From Usitatibacter sp. (GTDB lineage Bacteria; Pseudomonadota; Gammaproteobacteria; Burkholderiales; Usitatibacteraceae), in assembly GCA_035624355.1 (NCBI GenBank), contig DASPRQ010000012.1:22782-86781 (forward strand): DNA of 64,000 bases, in the 5' to 3' direction. How positions within the stretch are numbered: position 1 is the stretch's first letter; each line of letters opens with the position of its first letter. The translations under genes and the position numbers were made by a program. Under the pieces are notes generated by a model. The model searched no databases. It saw nothing but the letters and a program-made list of their open reading frames with translations, and was not told the DNA's origin. Positions 50,597 through 59,443 of the stretch are shown here, one piece after another.

Positions 50597-51454
50597 TCAG
50601 GAGGCGATGGTGAGGGTCGTGCGCTCGCTGCGGAGCTTCACGTAGATGGGGTCGAAGGGCGTCTGCTGCGAGATCTCGATCAGCGACTCGCGCGCGAGCT
50701 CCAGGCACGCGAGGAAGCTCACCACGAGGACCGCCACGCCGCGCTCGGGCTCGAACAGCTGCGAGAACTCGACGTAGGCCCCCGGCGCGAGGCTCCTGAG
50801 GATGCGGCTCATGTGCGCGCGCACCGAGAGCTGCTCGCGCGTGATGCGGTGGTGGCGCGTCATCCGGGCGCGGGCGAGGATCGAGCGCCACGCCTCCGAG
50901 AGGTCGGCCACGCGCACCTCCGGCAGGCGCTCGGCGGCCCGCTCGACGTACACCTCCACGAGCGAGAAGTCGCGCCCCGCCACGGGCGCTTCCCCCAGCG
51001 CGTGGGCGGCCTTCTTCATCCGCTCGTACTCGAGCAGGCGCCGCACGAGCTCGGCGCGCGGGTCCTCGGGCTCGGTCTCGTCCTCCCGCTTCGGGCGCGG
51101 CAGCAGCATGCGCGACTTGATCTCGATGAGGAGGGCCGCCATGAGCAGGTAGTCGGCGGCGAGCTCGAGCTGCGTCGAGCGCATCATCTCCACGTATTCC
51201 ATGTACTGGCGGGTGAGCTCCGCCATGGGGATGTCGAGGATGTCGAGCGAGTGGCGGCGGATGAGGTACAGCAGCAGGTCGAGCGGACCCTCGAAGGCCT
51301 CGAGGAAGACCGACAGGGCCTCGGGCGGGATGTAGAGGTCCTCGGGCAGCTCGGTGAGCGGCTCGCCGCGGATCCTCGCGACGGGCAGCGCCAGCTCGAG
51401 CGCCGGCTGCTCGCGGGTCGCGGTGCGGGAATCGCCGGCGGCGTGGGGGTTCAT
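50597..51454 (-). CDS. scpA: SMC-Scp complex subunit ScpA (kleisin)
   Basis: FEGPLDLLLYLIRR, YLLMAALLIEIKSRMLLP, FLACLEL, QQTPFDPI. Confidence 0.96.
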   Translation of the reverse strand: MNPHAAGDSRTATREQPALELALPVARIRGEPLTELPEDLYIPPEALSVFLEAFEGPLDLLLYLIRRHSLDILDIPMAELTRQYMEYVEMMRSTQLELAADYLLMAALLIEIKSRMLLPRPKREDETEPEDPRAELVRRLLEYERMKKAAHALGEAPVAGRDFSLVEVYVERAAERLPEVRVADLSEAWRSILARARMTRHHRITREQLSVRAHMSRILRSLAPGAYVEFSQLFEPERGVAVLVVSFLACLELARESLIEISQQTPFDPIYVKLRSERTTLTIAS

Positions 51455-52338
51455 TTCTTCCCGTAGACGGCTTCGGCGGCGAACTTGCTCATCGCCGCGG
51501 CGTTGTGGGCCGTGTCGGGCGCCTCCTCGAGCTCCCACCCGAACTTGACGCCCAGCTCCTGGGCGGCGGCGGTGGCGGCCTTGAAGAAGTTCTCGCCGCG
51601 GTCGAGGCGCCCTTCGCCCTGGCGCTTCGCCCCGGCGCTCTCGTTGAGGTTCTTGGCCTCGGGGTCGGTGTCCTTCTCGCCCAGCAGCAGCACGAAGCGC
51701 TTCTGGAGCGCCTCGCGCAGCGCCGCCTCGCCCACGGGGGAGCCGGCGAGCGAATAGGGGTAGCTGTCGGCCGCCTTGTCCTTGCGCCACTCGGGCATCA
51801 GGTACCAGCCCGGGTTGGCCGCCATCGCCAGCGTCGCGCGGCTGTCGGGCATCAGCAGGAACATGCGCTGCACGAACTGCCCGCCCGCCGAATGGCCGAA
51901 GATGGCGTAGCCCTTCTGCCCGTCGCGCACCTCGTCGAAGAGGTGCTCGATCGCGGCGTACGTCCACTTGTCGCGGTCCGGCTGCCCCTCGACGCCGCCC
52001 AGGTTGTACTCCGCCGCCCCCGGCCAGTCCTTCTGCGAGAACTCCGGCGCCACGATGAGCAGCCGGTAGCGGTCGGCGAGGAGCGACCAGTCGTCGCGGT
52101 AGTGCGAGGCGTCGCGGTGCACGCCGGCGATCACGAACTGGATCGGGCACTTCGTGTCGCACGACCTCGGCCGGTAGGTGTAGACGCGGATCGGCCGGTC
52201 GGGGTGGCCCTTCGCGTCGGTGAACACGAAGCTCCAGTTGCCGTTCGGGATCGGCGTCGCGCCGAGCGCGCACGCGCCCGCGAGCGCCGCGGCCGCGCCC
52301 GCGGCGCGGGCCATCCATCGGGATCGTCTCGGTTTCAT
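51451..52338 (-). CDS. Exported alpha/beta hydrolase (esterase-like)
   Basis: Signal-peptide-like N-terminus; FGHSAGGQF nucleophile elbow; GEKD; TAHN. Confidence 0.8.
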   Translation of the reverse strand: MKPRRSRWMARAAGAAAALAGACALGATPIPNGNWSFVFTDAKGHPDRPIRVYTYRPRSCDTKCPIQFVIAGVHRDASHYRDDWSLLADRYRLLIVAPEFSQKDWPGAAEYNLGGVEGQPDRDKWTYAAIEHLFDEVRDGQKGYAIFGHSAGGQFVQRMFLLMPDSRATLAMAANPGWYLMPEWRKDKAADSYPYSLAGSPVGEAALREALQKRFVLLLGEKDTDPEAKNLNESAGAKRQGEGRLDRGENFFKAATAAAQELGVKFGWELEEAPDTAHNAAAMSKFAAEAVYGKK

Positions 52339-52355
52339 CGCTCGTCCTCGCTTCC

Positions 52356-53564
52356 TCAGCGGTAGTTGAGGCCCATGGCCTCGCGCACGTCGCGCATCGT
52401 GTCGGACGCGAGGTCGGAGGCCTTCTCGCACCCGTCCTGGACGATGTTGCGCACCAGCATCGGGTCTTCCTCGTACGGGGCCGCGCGCTCGCGGATGGGC
52501 GCGAGCTCCGCGTTGATCGCGTCGATCACCGGCTGCTTGCACTCCAGGCACCCGATGCCCGCGGTCGTGCAGCCCTGCCACACCCAGTCGCGCGCCGCGG
52601 CGTCCGAATAGACGAGGTGCAGGTTCCAGACCGGGCATTTCTCGGGGTTGCCCGGGTCGGAGCGGCGCACGCGCGCCGGGTCCGTCTGCATCCGGCGGAT
52701 CTTCTGCGCGACCTCCTCGGGCGCCTCCCGCAGCAGGATCGCGTTGTCCGCGCTCTTCGACATCTTCTGCCCGTCCAGCCCCAGGAGCTTCGGCGTCTCG
52801 GTGAGCAGGGCCTCGGGCTCGGCGAGGATCATCCGGCCGCCGCCCTCGATGTAGCCGTAGAGGCGCTCCTTGTCGCCGAGCGAGAGGTTCTGCACGTCGC
52901 TCACGAGCTCCTGCGCCTGCGCGAGCGCGGCCTCGTCGCCCTGCTCCTGGAAGCGGGCGCGCAGCGTCCGGTAGAGCTTCGCCTTCTTCGGCCCCATCTT
53001 CTTCACCGCCGTCTCGGCCTTCTCCTCGAATCCCTTCTCGCGCCCGAAGAGGTGGTTGAAGCGCCGCGCGATCTCGCGCGTGAGCTCGATGTGCGAGACC
53101 TGGTCCTCGCCCACCGGCACCTTGTTCGCGCGGTAGATCAGGATGTCGGCCGACTGCATGAGCGGGTAGCCGAGGAACCCGTAGGTGAGGACGTCGCGCC
53201 CCTGCTCCGCGTGGCGCTCCACGAGATCCTTGTACGTGGGGACGCGCTCGAGCCACGCAAGGGGCACGAAGAAGGAAAGCAGCAGCGTGAGCTCCGCGTG
53301 CTGGGGCACCCGCGACTGGATGAAGAGCGTCGCCTTGGTCGGGTCGATCCCGCACGCGAGCCAGTCCACGAACATGTCCCAGACGGTCTGCTCGATCACC
53401 GCCGGGTCCTCGTAGTGGGTGGTGAGCGCGTGCCAGTCGGCGGCGAAGAACAGGCACGGGAACTCGTTCTGCAGCCGCGACCAGTTCTTGAGGGCCCCGT
53501 GGTAGTGACCGAGGTGCATCGCCCCCGTGGGGCGCATGCCGGAAAGTACGCGGTCCTGGAACAT
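52356..53564 (-). CDS. trpS: Tryptophanyl-tRNA synthetase
   Basis: SGMRPTGAMHLGHYHG, ADWHA, YPLMQSADIL, PVGEDQ, KMSKS. Confidence 0.98.
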   Translation of the reverse strand: MFQDRVLSGMRPTGAMHLGHYHGALKNWSRLQNEFPCLFFAADWHALTTHYEDPAVIEQTVWDMFVDWLACGIDPTKATLFIQSRVPQHAELTLLLSFFVPLAWLERVPTYKDLVERHAEQGRDVLTYGFLGYPLMQSADILIYRANKVPVGEDQVSHIELTREIARRFNHLFGREKGFEEKAETAVKKMGPKKAKLYRTLRARFQEQGDEAALAQAQELVSDVQNLSLGDKERLYGYIEGGGRMILAEPEALLTETPKLLGLDGQKMSKSADNAILLREAPEEVAQKIRRMQTDPARVRRSDPGNPEKCPVWNLHLVYSDAAARDWVWQGCTTAGIGCLECKQPVIDAINAELAPIRERAAPYEEDPMLVRNIVQDGCEKASDLASDTMRDVREAMGLNYR

Positions 53565-53572
53565 GGGGGCGG

Positions 53573-54238
53573 CTACTCGAGGCGGAAGAGCGCGTAGAAG
53601 AGGTCGTTGCCCGCGCTCATCACGGCGCTGAAGAGCTCGCCGAGCGGCCGGTAGACGGCCATGAGGATGATGAGCCCGAGCAGGATCGGCATGCCGTAGG
53701 GCTCGAGCCGCGAGTACGAGTACGACAGGCGGTTCGGCAGCAGGCTCGTCACCATGCGCCCGCCGTCGAGCGGCAGGATCGGGAACAGGTTGAACACCGC
53801 GACCACCACGTTCCACTGGATCCCGGCGATCGCCACCGCGAACCAGAACTGCGCGATCATCGACGAGCCCGAGGCCATCTCGATCAGCTTCGCGACGCAC
53901 CCCCAGGCGAGCGCCTGCACCACGTTCGAGGCGGGGCCGGCCGCGGCCACCCACAGCATGTCCGCCTTGGGGTTGCGCAGGTTGTTGAAGTTCACGGGGA
54001 CGGGCTTCGCCCAGCCGAAGACCACGCCGCCGAGGATCGCGGTGAGCAGCGGGAAGAGGATCGTGCCGAAGGGGTCGATGTGCTTGGCCGGGTTGAGCGT
54101 TACGCGCCCCAGCATGTAGGCGGTGTTGTCGCCGAACATGCGCGCGACGTAGCCGTGCGCGGCCTCGTGCAGCGTGATGGCGAGCACGACCGGGATCGCC
54201 ATGACGCAGATCTTGATGATGATGTTGTACGGGTCCAT
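53573..54238 (-). CDS. Site-2 protease (M50) family protein
   Basis: HEAAHG, LNPAKHID, GWAKPVP, AAGPASN, FNLFPILPLDGG. Confidence 0.94.
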   Translation of the reverse strand: MDPYNIIIKICVMAIPVVLAITLHEAAHGYVARMFGDNTAYMLGRVTLNPAKHIDPFGTILFPLLTAILGGVVFGWAKPVPVNFNNLRNPKADMLWVAAAGPASNVVQALAWGCVAKLIEMASGSSMIAQFWFAVAIAGIQWNVVVAVFNLFPILPLDGGRMVTSLLPNRLSYSYSRLEPYGMPILLGLIILMAVYRPLGELFSAVMSAGNDLFYALFRLE

Positions 54239-54876
54239 CAGTGCAGCGCCGCCTTCACGAACCCGAACGGGCGGATGTCGCCCTTGCCCTCGCGCACGAG
54301 CACCGGCGCATCTCCCGAGAGGTCGATCACCGTGGTCACCCGCCCGTCGCAGGCGCCCGCGTCGATCACGAGCTCGAGCTGGTGCTCGAGGTGGCGGCGG
54401 ATCTCGGCCGCGTCGTTGAGCGCCACGCCGTGGGCGGGAAGGATCAGGGTCGAGGACAGCAGCGGCTCGCCGAGCGCATCGAGCAGCGCCCGCGCGACCG
54501 GATGGTCCGGGATGCGCACGCCGATGGTGTGGCGCGGGTGCAGCAGGCGCCGCGGCACGTCGCGCGTGGCGCGGAGGATGAACGTGTACTGGCCCGGCGT
54601 GTTGGCGCGGATCAGGCGGAACTGCAGGTTGTCGAGCTTGGCGAACTGGCCCGCCTCCGAGAGGTCGCGGCAGACGAGCGTGAGGTGGTGGCGCTCGTCC
54701 ACGTCGCGGATGCGGCGGATGCGCTCCATCGCCGCCTTGTCGCCGATGTGGCAGCCGAGCGCGTAGCACGAGTCCGTCGGGTAGGCGATCACGCCTCCCG
54801 CGCGGATGATGTCCACGGCCTGGCGGACGAGCCGCGGCTGCGGGTTTTCGGGATGCATCGAGAAGTACTGCGCCAT
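54238..54876 (-). CDS. yciO: YciO/SUA5-like (threonylcarbamoyl-AMP synthase family) protein
   Basis: HPENPQPRL, YPTDSCYALGC, TPGQYTFIL, IGVRIPDH, TTVIDL. Confidence 0.9.
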   Translation of the reverse strand: MAQYFSMHPENPQPRLVRQAVDIIRAGGVIAYPTDSCYALGCHIGDKAAMERIRRIRDVDERHHLTLVCRDLSEAGQFAKLDNLQFRLIRANTPGQYTFILRATRDVPRRLLHPRHTIGVRIPDHPVARALLDALGEPLLSSTLILPAHGVALNDAAEIRRHLEHQLELVIDAGACDGRVTTVIDLSGDAPVLVREGKGDIRPFGFVKAALH

Positions 54877-54988
54877 TCGTCGATCGGCCGCGCCGCGCGC
54901 GGCGCGCGTCTCACCCTTCTTCAAGTTTCCGTTCTTCCGCTGCCCGGGCGGCGGGCAAGGCGCTCCGGCGCCCCTCACCGGGCGGCTT

Positions 54989-55825
54989 CTAGTGCGCCCA
55001 TCGGATCCATACGGGCGTGAGGGAAGCGTGGAGCGGCGCGAGCCGTCCCGGCTCGCAGGCGCTCTCCCCCGGCCCGTGGTAGTCGGCGCCGCGCGAGGCG
55101 AGGAACCCGTGCTCCAGCGCCACGCGCCGCCATGCCGCGTATTCCTCGGGGCGATGGCTCCCCGTCACCACCTCGATCGCCTCGCCGCCGGCCGCGCGGA
55201 ACCCGTGCAGCATCTCGTCGCGCATCATCGGCTTGAGGTCGTAGCGCCCGGGATGCGCCAGCACCGCGATCCCGCCGGCGCCCCGGATCCACGAGACCGC
55301 ATTTTCGAGGCTTGCCCAGCGATGCGCAACATACGCGGGCTTCCCGCGCCCGAGATACTTGTCGAAGGCGGCCTGGACGTCGCGCACCCGGCCCGAGCGC
55401 ACGAGGTGCCGCGCGAAGTGGGACCGGCTGAGCCTCGCCTCGTTCCCCGCGAGCTCGAGCGCGCCTTCCAGCGCGCCCGGGAAGCCCAGGCGCTCGAGCT
55501 CGGCCGCGATTTTCCGCGCCCGCCCGAAGCGCCCGTCGCGGACCGCGCGCAGCCCCGCCGCGAGCGGCGCGGCCGCGGGATCGACCCGCAGGCCGACCAC
55601 GTGCAGCGTCGTGCCACCCCAGCTCACCGAGATCTCGACGCCCGGAACGAAGGCGATGCCGGCCTTGCGTGCCGCGCTCTCGGCCTCCTCGAGGCCGTCC
55701 GTGGTGTCGTGGTCCGTGAGCGCGATCGCGTCGGTCCCGGTGCGGGCCGCGAGCTCGATCAGCTGGGTGGGCGACAGCAGGCCATCCGAGCAGGTCGAAT
55801 GGTTATGCAGGTCGTAGTTTTCCAA
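54989..55825 (-). CDS. PHP domain 3',5'-nucleoside bisphosphate phosphatase (YciV/TrpH-like)
   Basis: DLHNHSTCSDG, ALTDHD, GVEIS, LHVVGL, LAHPGRY, SRGADYHG. TTG start; TACAAT at 55851-55856 (-). Confidence 0.92.
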   Translation of the reverse strand: MENYDLHNHSTCSDGLLSPTQLIELAARTGTDAIALTDHDTTDGLEEAESAARKAGIAFVPGVEISVSWGGTTLHVVGLRVDPAAAPLAAGLRAVRDGRFGRARKIAAELERLGFPGALEGALELAGNEARLSRSHFARHLVRSGRVRDVQAAFDKYLGRGKPAYVAHRWASLENAVSWIRGAGGIAVLAHPGRYDLKPMMRDEMLHGFRAAGGEAIEVVTGSHRPEEYAAWRRVALEHGFLASRGADYHGPGESACEPGRLAPLHASLTPVWIRWAH

Positions 55826-55973
55826 GCGCCAGCATTCAGGGAGATGGGAAATTGTATCAAAATGAGAGCCTTACTGCCATGCGCCAGCCGACCACCGGGC
55901 GCACTCGCCGCCGGACCGTGCGCGGACGCGTTGTCTGTCATAATGCGAGGTTAGACGCCGCACCCGCCCCCGC

Positions 55974-56543
55974 GTGAAATTCCTCTTCGATTTCCTCCCC
56001 CTGATCGTCTTCTTCGCCGCCTTCAAGCTCGCCGGCATCTTCGTGGCGACCGCCGTGGCGATCGCGGCCACGGTCGCGCAGATCGGCTTCTCGCTCGCGC
56101 GCCGGCGCAAGGTCGCCCCGATGCAGTGGGCGAGCCTCGCGATCATCGTGGTGTTCGGCGGCGCGACGCTCCTGCTCCACGACGAGACGTTCATCAAGTG
56201 GAAGCCCACGGTGCTCTACTGGGTCCTGGGAGGCGCCTTCTTCGCGAGCCTCGCCCTGCGCCGCAACCTCGCGAGGGCGATCCTGGGCTCCGAGCTCGAG
56301 ATGCCCGAGGGCTCGTGGACGCGGCTTTGCATCGCGTGGGGCGCGTTCTTCGTCCTCGTCGGCGTGCTCAACCTCTACGTCGCATTCAGCTTCGCGACAG
56401 ATACGTGGGTGAGCTTCAAGGTGTTCGCCACCCCGGCGCTGATCGTCGCGTTCGCGGTCGCGCAATCGTTCTGGATCGCCCGCCACCTGCCCGACGACGA
56501 GCCGGCCGCGGGGACGAAGGCGAACGAGCCGCCGCAGGCCTGA
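55974..56543 (+). CDS. yciB: Intracellular septation protein A (YciB/IspZ)
   Basis: [20 protein letters not shown]...[18 protein letters not shown]. Extended -10 TGtCATAAT at 55936-55944. Confidence 0.95.
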   Translation: MKFLFDFLPLIVFFAAFKLAGIFVATAVAIAATVAQIGFSLARRRKVAPMQWASLAIIVVFGGATLLLHDETFIKWKPTVLYWVLGGAFFASLALRRNLARAILGSELEMPEGSWTRLCIAWGAFFVLVGVLNLYVAFSFATDTWVSFKVFATPALIVAFAVAQSFWIARHLPDDEPAAGTKANEPPQA

Positions 56544-56547
56544 CGAC

Positions 56548-56847
56548 ATGCTCTACGCCATCCTCGCCGAAGACCTTCCCGGGTCGCTCGCCCGGCGGCT
56601 CGAGGCGCGCCCCGCGCACCTCGAGCGGCTCAAGGTCCTGCAGGAGGCGGGCCGCCTGGTCCTCGCCGGCCCGCATCCGGCGATCGACGCGCCGGATCCC
56701 GGACCCGCCGGCTTCAGCGGCTCGCTCATCGTGGCCGAGTTCGCCACCCGCGAGGCCGCGATCGCGTGGGCCGCGGAGGATCCCTACGTCGCCGCGGGCG
56801 TGTACGCGCGGGTCACCGTGAAGCCGTTCCGGAAGGTGCTGCCTTGA
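56548..56847 (+). CDS. yciI: YciI family protein
   Basis: [33 protein letters not shown]. Confidence 0.94.
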   Translation: MLYAILAEDLPGSLARRLEARPAHLERLKVLQEAGRLVLAGPHPAIDAPDPGPAGFSGSLIVAEFATREAAIAWAAEDPYVAAGVYARVTVKPFRKVLP

Positions 56848-57128
56848 GCGCTCCGGCGGCGATCCACCCGGTGGAAAGGGCGATCCGCGAGCGCCTCGCG
56901 GCCCTCGATCCCGTGGCGCTGGATTTGCGCGACGAAAGCGCGCAGCATGCGGGCCACGCTGGATCCCGCCCCTCGGGAGGCACCCACTGGCGGCTCGCCA
57001 TCGCCTCCGAGGCCTTCCGGGGCAAGAGCCCCGTGGCGCGGCACCGCATGGTTTATGAGGCATTGGGCGACCTCATGAAAGGGGACATCCACGCCCTGAA
57101 CATCGAAGCGTCCGTCCCCCAGTCTTGA
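56844..57128 (+). CDS. bolA: BolA family protein
   Basis: [32 protein letters not shown]; TTG start overlaps the yciI stop. Confidence 0.92.
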   Translation: MSAPAAIHPVERAIRERLAALDPVALDLRDESAQHAGHAGSRPSGGTHWRLAIASEAFRGKSPVARHRMVYEALGDLMKGDIHALNIEASVPQS

Positions 57129-57160
57129 CCCATCATCACAGTCGGAAAAGGAAATCCTTC

Positions 57161-57994
57161 ATGCAACGTACCCTCAGGAACCTCGCCGTCGCCCTCGTGG
57201 CGGGCACGCTCGCCCTCGCGGCCGGAGCGCAGGAGAAGAACGCGAAGGCGGAAAAGCCCAAGGCGGCCTCCGCCGCGTCCAAGGTGATCGTGAACGGCGT
57301 CACCATTCCCGCCGAACGCTTCGTGGTCATGGGCAAGGACCTCGACGCCCAGGGCCATCCGCCGAGCGCCGAGCGCGACCAGGCGATCAAGGAGGAGCTG
57401 ATCAACCGCGAGATCCTCGCCCAGGCGGCGCGCAAGCGCGGGCTCGACAAGAATCCGGAGACCCAGGCGGAGATGGACATGGCCCGCCAGGCGGTGCTCC
57501 TGCGCGCGCTCTTCGCCGACGAGATCAAGGCGCATCCCATCAGCGACGCCGAGCTCCAGAAGCAGTACGAGCAGTTCAAGGACTCCATGGGGACGAAGGA
57601 ATACAAGGTGAGCCACATCCTCGTCGACAAGGAGGACGAGGCGAAGGCGATCATCGACCAGCTCAACCACGGCGCCGACTTCGCCAAGCTCGCCAAGGAG
57701 AAGTCCAAGGACCCGGGCTCGAAGGACAACGGCGGCGACCTCGACTGGGGCCCCGCGAACCGCTACGTGAAGCCGTTCGCCGACGCGGTGATGTCGCAGC
57801 CCAAGGGAACGATCTCGCAGAAGCCGGTGAAGACGGACTTCGGCTACCACATCATCCGCGTGGATGACGTGCGTCCCCTCAAGGTGCCGGCCTTCGACGA
57901 CATGAAGGTGCAGTTCCGCCAGCGCGCCCAGCAGCAGCAGATCCAGAAGCTGGTGATGGAGCTGCGCCAGAAGGCGAAGGTCGAGGAGCGGTAG
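57161..57994 (+). CDS. Exported PpiC-type (parvulin) peptidyl-prolyl isomerase
   Basis: Signal peptide, YKVSHILV, DFAKLAKEKSKDPGSKDNGGDLDW, TDFGYHII. SD AAGGA upstream. Confidence 0.93.
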   Translation: MQRTLRNLAVALVAGTLALAAGAQEKNAKAEKPKAASAASKVIVNGVTIPAERFVVMGKDLDAQGHPPSAERDQAIKEELINREILAQAARKRGLDKNPETQAEMDMARQAVLLRALFADEIKAHPISDAELQKQYEQFKDSMGTKEYKVSHILVDKEDEAKAIIDQLNHGADFAKLAKEKSKDPGSKDNGGDLDWGPANRYVKPFADAVMSQPKGTISQKPVKTDFGYHIIRVDDVRPLKVPAFDDMKVQFRQRAQQQQIQKLVMELRQKAKVEER

Positions 57995-58001
57995 CCCTCG
58001 C

Positions 58002-58032
58002 GGAGGGCGGCCGCGGTCGCCCTCCTTCCTTC
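58002..58032 (+). terminator. Intrinsic terminator-like hairpin after the PPIase gene
   Basis: GGAGGGCGGC-CGCG-GTCGCCCTCC 10-bp stem followed by TTCCTTC. Confidence 0.55.
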
Positions 58033-58103
58033 CCGGCGGCCGGCGCCCGCGCGCGCCCGCGCCGACCCGTTTCGCCGCCGGCGCCGTTGTATACACTGCG
58101 GGG

Positions 58104-58655
58104 ATGCCGGTTTCCGACGAACAGCTCATGCTCGCCTACGCCGGCGGCGACCCCGCGGCGTTCGAATCGCTCTACGGCCGCCACAAGGGCGCGCTCTTCC
58201 GCTTCGTCGCCCGCTCGGTGAAGGCCCGCGCGGAGGCCGAGGAACTCTTCCAGGAGATATGGATGCGCGTCATCGAATCGCGGGCGCGCTACCGGCCCCA
58301 GGCGAAATTCGGGACCTGGCTCTACACGATCGCGCACCACCGCCTGATCGACCACTGGCGCGCGAAGGGCCTCGCCGTCGTCTCGCTCGACGACGAGGAC
58401 TGCGCCGTGCCCGAGGCGGCCGCGGCCCCGGACGCGGAGCCGCACCGCGCGGCCGAGGCGCGCGAGACCCTCGGGCGGCTCGCCGGGGCTTTCGAGGCGC
58501 TTCCGCTCGCCCAGCGCGAGGCGCTCCTGCTGCACCTCGAGGGCGGGCTCACCGTGCCGGAGATCGCGGAAGCGACCGGGGCGAACGAGGAGGCGGCCAA
58601 GAGCCGGCTGCGCTACGCGATGGGCCGCCTGCGCGAGGCGATCGCCGATGAGTGA
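58104..58655 (+). CDS. ECF RNA polymerase sigma factor
   Basis: DEQLMLAYAGGDPAAFESLY, AEELFQEIW, FGTWLYTIAHHRLID, LPLAQRE, KSRLRYA. TACACT 58092-58097 lies 6 nt before the ATG. Confidence 0.94.
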   Translation: MPVSDEQLMLAYAGGDPAAFESLYGRHKGALFRFVARSVKARAEAEELFQEIWMRVIESRARYRPQAKFGTWLYTIAHHRLIDHWRAKGLAVVSLDDEDCAVPEAAAAPDAEPHRAAEARETLGRLAGAFEALPLAQREALLLHLEGGLTVPEIAEATGANEEAAKSRLRYAMGRLREAIADE

Positions 58656-59424
58656 CCCGAACGACCCGCTGGTGCGCCGCTACCGCGAGCTTTCCCGCGA
58701 GGAGCCGCCCGCAGCGCTCGACGACGCCATCCTCGCGGCCTCGCGCCGCGCGGTGCGCCGCCGCCCGCTCGCCCAGCGCTGGGCGATCCCGGCCTCGATC
58801 GCCGCCGCCCTCGTCCTCACGATCGGCGTGTCGCTGCAGATGCGGAAGCAGGAGCCGGGCATCGAGACTTCGGCGCCGTCCCCGGCCGGCGCCCGGGTCG
58901 CGCCCGAGGCGAACGCGCCCGCTCGCCCAATGGAGCGAGCCGCGCCTGCCGCGAGCGTGCCCGCTCCCGCCGCGAACGTGGCCGCCCCCGCGACGCAGCG
59001 AGCTGCGCCGCCCGCGAGCGTGCCGGCGCCTGCCGCGCGGGAAGCGGCGCCCCGAGCGAACGAAGCCGCCCCGCCGGGAATCGAGGCCGCGCGCAAGCCG
59101 AGCGCCGAGTCCGCGGCGGCGCGCGCGAAGGCCGCGGCACCGCAAGCGCCCGCTGCGGCCGCGGCCCCCGCTCCGGCGCCGCCCGCGGCGCAGGCCTTCT
59201 CGGCCGACGAGGCGAAGGCCGCGTCGGGCGCTCCCGCCGCCCTCGGCCGCGTCGCGAAGGAGGCGGCGCCCGATCCGGCGGCGCGCCTCGAGCGCATCGC
59301 GCGCCTGCGCGAGGAAGGTCGCGCGCGCGAGGCCGACGAGGCGCTCGCGCAGTTCCGGCGCGACTTCCCCGGCTACCGCATTCCCGACGCGACCTGGGAG
59401 CGCGTGAAGCCGCGCCAGCCGTGA
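58648..59424 (+). CDS. Putative membrane anti-sigma factor with Ala/Pro-rich linker
   Basis: Overlaps the sigma stop; short cytoplasmic EEPPAALDDAILAA; one TM; low-complexity linker; C-terminal helical hairpin. Confidence 0.75.
   Translation: MSDPNDPLVRRYRELSREEPPAALDDAILAASRRAVRRRPLAQRWAIPASIAAALVLTIGVSLQMRKQEPGIETSAPSPAGARVAPEANAPARPMERAAPAASVPAPAANVAAPATQRAAPPASVPAPAAREAAPRANEAAPPGIEAARKPSAESAAARAKAAAPQAPAAAAAPAPAPPAAQAFSADEAKAASGAPAALGRVAKEAAPDPAARLERIARLREEGRAREADEALAQFRRDFPGYRIPDATWERVKPRQP
58933..59037 (+). repeat. Imperfect in-frame 63-nt-period duplication (xRAAPxASVPAPAA twice)
   Basis: GAGCGAGCCGCGCCTGCCGCGAGCGTGCCC... at 58933 and CAGCGAGCTGCGCCGCCCGCGAGCGTGCCG... at 58996. Confidence 0.7.
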
Positions 59425-59443
59425 AGGTCCCGGAACGCGCCGC

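Noticed and set aside
57034-57050. Sigma54 promoter inside bolA (TGGCGC...CGCAT)
   Set aside because: The GG to GC spacing is 9 nt, not the required 10, and there is no TTGC.
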